From assembly GCA_024650005.2 (NCBI GenBank), contig CP122380.1, positions 768,001-832,000 of the forward strand: 64,000 nt of DNA, in the 5' to 3' direction. Below, piece after piece: positions 60,972-64,000 of the stretch (its first letter is position 1; every line of letters begins with the position of its first letter). The position numbers and the translations under genes were made by a program. The notes under the pieces were generated by a model. It was given only the letters and a program-made list of their open reading frames with translations, had not been told where the DNA came from and ran no database searches. Source of the DNA: Candidatus Bathyarchaeum tardum (lineage in GTDB: Archaea; Thermoproteota; Bathyarchaeia; Bathyarchaeales; Bathyarchaeaceae).

Positions 60972-61265
60972 CTAAAATAGGAAATTAGAAGGTTTCTCAG
61001 TTATGTAATGAATTGCATAATCGAATACACGTTTGTGTGCCGAGTTTATTTGATTCATTAATTTTTCCATGGTATCATTTGCAAAAACTACTTTTTTGTT
61101 TTTTACTGCGATGTATTTGTTGCTGTATTTTTTGCGTAGTTCTTGTTCATTACCAAAAATCCAAAGAAAATCCTTTCGTAATTTATGATTCTTATTCAGG
61201 AGTTTCTTTTCGAGGGCTGGATCTATATCCCTCGTAATCTTGAGAAGTGGCATATGCCTCACCAT
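60972..61265 (-). CDS. DUF5678-type small protein
   Basis: W.....ELRKKYSNKYIAVKNKKVVFA. Confidence 0.75.
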   Translation of the reverse strand: MVRHMPLLKITRDIDPALEKKLLNKNHKLRKDFLWIFGNEQELRKKYSNKYIAVKNKKVVFANDTMEKLMNQINSAHKRVFDYAIHYITEKPSNFLF

Positions 61266-61520
61266 ATTTTATGCAAACTAGGTTATTTTAACCTAGCTAT
61301 TTATATTGCTTCTTTCAAAAATGTGTATTTAATACTTTTGATTGTTTACTATGTAAGGATGTTCTGTTTTTTATAGTTTAGACGCATTCTGTATTATTAT
61401 TTTTCGTTTGTTTTTTCTTATAGTTCGGTTTATTGGTTGGTCGATTTAAAGATCAAAACGGTTTCTGTAAACAAGTATCTGCTTTTCAGCGAAAGCCGGT
61501 TACTGTTTTATTTGTATCAA

Positions 61521-62363
61521 TCAAATTTCAAGAGCACCATTTGTCAATTCGATTAAAGTTTTATAGGCTTCAGTTTTTCCAAAAAGAACTGAGTCAGGTA
61601 TCAGTGTCCCGAATCTGGATTTTTCTTTTAACACATAAAGAAATATGATTATTTCTTTTGCGAGTCCTCTTCTGCTTGCATATCGGGTAAGGCGGTTAAA
61701 ATTGATTTTTCCATTTTTCAGAAGATTTCCAAAAATAATTCCCAATTCGTATGAGCTAAAACTAAATTTTTTTCGGGTAATAAAATAGAACAAGTCTACC
61801 CACATTCTCTCTAAAGTTGGAATAATGGGTCCTTTTGCCATAATGAGTCCGTAAAGTTCTTTTCGTTCCAAAATGAATATTGTTTTTCTGTTGTTTTCAG
61901 CGTATTCTTGAAAATCTCTTACTAGAGGTCGCAAAACAACTTTGTAAGTGTTTGATGGGATTGCATCTCGGATACTTTTTGAAAGTATTTTTGTTGTTTC
62001 AATAAATATTGCATCCTTTCCTATAGCATAATGAGAATAATCTGAAAACATACTCAAAGACCAATATACTGGATTTGCCATTGGGAAGCGATTTTTTAAC
62101 TGCGTGGTAAGATCGTAAACATCTGAGGGCAAAATTGGTATTTCAGGCGGAGTTTGACCTTTGCGATATATGCCCCTGCCCACATTCATGATTATGCCCA
62201 TTTTTGCCATTCGACTTAGGTAATTTTTTGCGGTTACACGAGATATTTTTAGATCAGACACAAGATTGTCTATTGAAACGTTGTCATGATTTGTTACGTA
62301 TTCGATTGCTTTTTTTGGGACCGAGGAAAAATCACTCATGAAAAAAAAATATACCTTTGTCAA
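61521..62363 (-). CDS. AbiEi-like (type IV TA) antitoxin with N-terminal wHTH
   Basis: YLSRMAKMGII.NVGRGIY; PTLERMWVD; INFNRLTRYASRRG. Start may be ATG 62339. No intact toxin downstream. Confidence 0.75.
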   Translation of the reverse strand: MTKVYFFFMSDFSSVPKKAIEYVTNHDNVSIDNLVSDLKISRVTAKNYLSRMAKMGIIMNVGRGIYRKGQTPPEIPILPSDVYDLTTQLKNRFPMANPVYWSLSMFSDYSHYAIGKDAIFIETTKILSKSIRDAIPSNTYKVVLRPLVRDFQEYAENNRKTIFILERKELYGLIMAKGPIIPTLERMWVDLFYFITRKKFSFSSYELGIIFGNLLKNGKINFNRLTRYASRRGLAKEIIIFLYVLKEKSRFGTLIPDSVLFGKTEAYKTLIELTNGALEI

Positions 62364-62427
62364 TATATAAGGTTTGTTGTCAAAAGTATATTTTTGGTCT
62401 TGAAATTTTTAATCACGTGATTAACTG

Positions 62428-62540
62428 AGTTAAAAAATATTTGAACAAGCGCCCCTTTGGAAAGAATACAGAAGTAGTTGTTGTTTTTTGTGCATGTAAT
62501 TCACAACAACTAGTTTAAAAAATGCATCAAATCGTTTTTG
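62428..62540 (+). repeat. Modular repeat (hairpin tagttgttgt/acaacaacta, 62475-62512)
   Basis: ttggaaagaatacagaagtag identical to the 59021-59041 copy. Confidence 0.82.
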
Positions 62541-62695
62541 GATATTTAAACATGTTTTTGGAATAAATGTTGATAAAACTCAATATAAGTTGCCACATCT
62601 TCAACACTTATTCTAACCAATCTTTTGAGGTTTTCTTTGTTTAAAGGTGACATAGTTTATCACCCATCAAGCAAGCGATCTTTTTTGTACACAAT

Positions 62696-62803
62696 TTAGA
62701 CCTTTTTTTTTCCCGCATCAGATCGTTTCTTTCTCCATGAACCGTCTTTGTTTCTTTCTCTTTCTTTTGACCATTTGCCTTTTTTTACTCGAGGTGCAGG
62801 CAT
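62696..62803 (-). CDS. 35-aa basic microprotein
   Basis: MPAPRVKKGKWSKERERNKDGSWRKKRSDAGKKKV*; below the ORF-track cutoff. Confidence 0.55.
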   Translation of the reverse strand: MPAPRVKKGKWSKERERNKDGSWRKKRSDAGKKKV

Positions 62804-62957
62804 ATTATTCCCTGAGAAACAAATTATGGTATATTTAGTATAAAAATTTAATTATGAAAACAAAATAATACTGATTGATGGATAAAAAGTCTTTTTTATA
62901 ACTAACAAGATACAAATTCAAGGGGCATAAAAAATTCCTCGAAAGAAAAAATCCATC

Positions 62958-63350
62958 TTGTCGGATGCACTTGGTTTAAATGATTTAAAGATAAAACCTG
63001 CAAAACTTCCAAAAATAAAACCAATTAGCAGTATCATTTTGAAATTTGATTCTGAAGAAAAAAGAGTTGCAATTCCAGCAAGTACTAAAAAAGAAGTTTA
63101 CTCACGCGCAAAAGGTAAATGTGAAAGTTGTGGAACAAAAATGAAAATGACAGGTGATGGAGGAGATTTTCATCACACTAGAAAACCCAGTGTTAAATCA
63201 AGGCCGTCTTCAATACAGTTTTTGTGTGCTGTTTGCCACCGTAGATATGGACATGCAAAACGTACAAAAATAGTCAAAAATGCATTTGGAACTGTTATTG
63301 AAAAGAAAGTAACCATAACCCGAAGAAAAGTTGGTAAACATAAACAATAG
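62958..63350 (+). CDS. HNH endonuclease
   Basis: RVAIPASTKKEVY...CESC...DFHH...FLCAVCH. Confidence 0.8.
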   Translation: MSDALGLNDLKIKPAKLPKIKPISSIILKFDSEEKRVAIPASTKKEVYSRAKGKCESCGTKMKMTGDGGDFHHTRKPSVKSRPSSIQFLCAVCHRRYGHAKRTKIVKNAFGTVIEKKVTITRRKVGKHKQ

Positions 63351-63639
63351 ATTAGTTTTTTGTTATAGTATTTGGTTTTGTGTGTTGTGCGAAGAGAAGT
63401 AGATAAGGGTAGCGAGTAGAGTTAAACAGGAGAAAAAATAAGGGGAAAAAGCATAAATTTTAACCAACCAGCCTTAAATTCATAATACAATCTTTTGTTA
63501 TTTCCCATTTTTTTTAATTTATGTGAGTTATCCACATATTGAATCAAGTCGTCTTTGATATTTTGGCGTATTCTTGTTTTGGGTTGGTTTTTGGGTTTGG
63601 AGAGATTTTTAGGGGTTGTTGTTTGTGTTGTGTTTGGTT

Positions 63640-64000
63640 TTAGTTTAGTTGGTAAATTGTGATTCTTTGGTAGTTTTGTATTGGTTTCCATTGGTTTGGG
63701 ATTTGTAGTTGGTGTAGGGTTTGGTTTTGGTTCCACCATATAAAGTATAAGTTGTTGTAGCCTTGGTTTTTTGTGTAGTTTGCAGCATTTTCTAAATTAA
63801 AGTCAAACAGGTATGCTTGATGGTTTGTGTTTAGGTATAGCATTGCCCAGTTGTCAAATAGGTCGTGAATTAGCACTGCTGAGTTGTTGTTCATGTTGTT
63901 GTTTAGCCAGTTGAAAGCTTGTTGGGTGCCCTTAATGTCCTGCAATGGGATTGAAGTTGTTTGCATAGTTGAAGGGACATATTTTGTAGTTCCGCCCCAG
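63640..64000 (-). CDS. C-terminal part of a membrane-associated protein entering from the right edge
   Basis: Frame is open to the window end (...GGTTKYVPSTMQTTSIPLQD...YFIWW...IYQLN*). Confidence 0.6.
   Translation of the reverse strand, partial: WGGTTKYVPSTMQTTSIPLQDIKGTQQAFNWLNNNMNNNSAVLIHDLFDNWAMLYLNTNHQAYLFDFNLENAANYTKNQGYNNLYFIWWNQNQTLHQLQIPNQWKPIQNYQRITIYQLN

Noticed and set aside
43709-62540. Repeats as a CRISPR array
   Set aside because: Copies are 1-7 kb apart and separated by genes, not by 30-45 nt spacers; no cas genes.
63422-63739. 105-aa minus-strand ORF
   Set aside because: The first half is an alternative frame of A/C-skewed DNA overlapping another gene; the remainder may be a gene relic but cannot be identified.

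Overview
An AT-rich archaeal chromosome segment. It looks Bathyarchaeia-like (inferred from the archaeal histone, thermosome, ABCE1/RLI, Cgi121, PINA, PEF-CTERM kelch proteins and a PQQ-type beta-propeller surface protein). About 1-25 kb is mostly housekeeping and secreted-protein genes. About 25-32 kb holds two inverted copies of a ~125-nt element that folds into a bulge-helix-bulge (BHB) splicing-endonuclease substrate: one follows the beta-propeller gene, the other follows what looks like an emptied expression site for a paralog. At 33.8-35.8 kb lies a three-gene DUF2589-type operon preceded by a structured non-coding stretch. About 41.5-63.4 kb is a dense array of about 13 toxin-antitoxin(-like) modules of many families plus relics. 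They are separated by a co-oriented family of 150-250 bp modular repeats built from hairpins with (GTT/GTC/GTA)n...(AAC/GAC/TAC)n arms, one with a G-rich loop. These repeats show covarying stems and a filled-versus-empty site pair. This cassette-like array and the BHB elements are the best candidates for undescribed systems. No integrase, transposase, reverse transcriptase, CRISPR array, tRNA or rRNA was recognised. All family assignments come from motif recognition by eye, with no database search.
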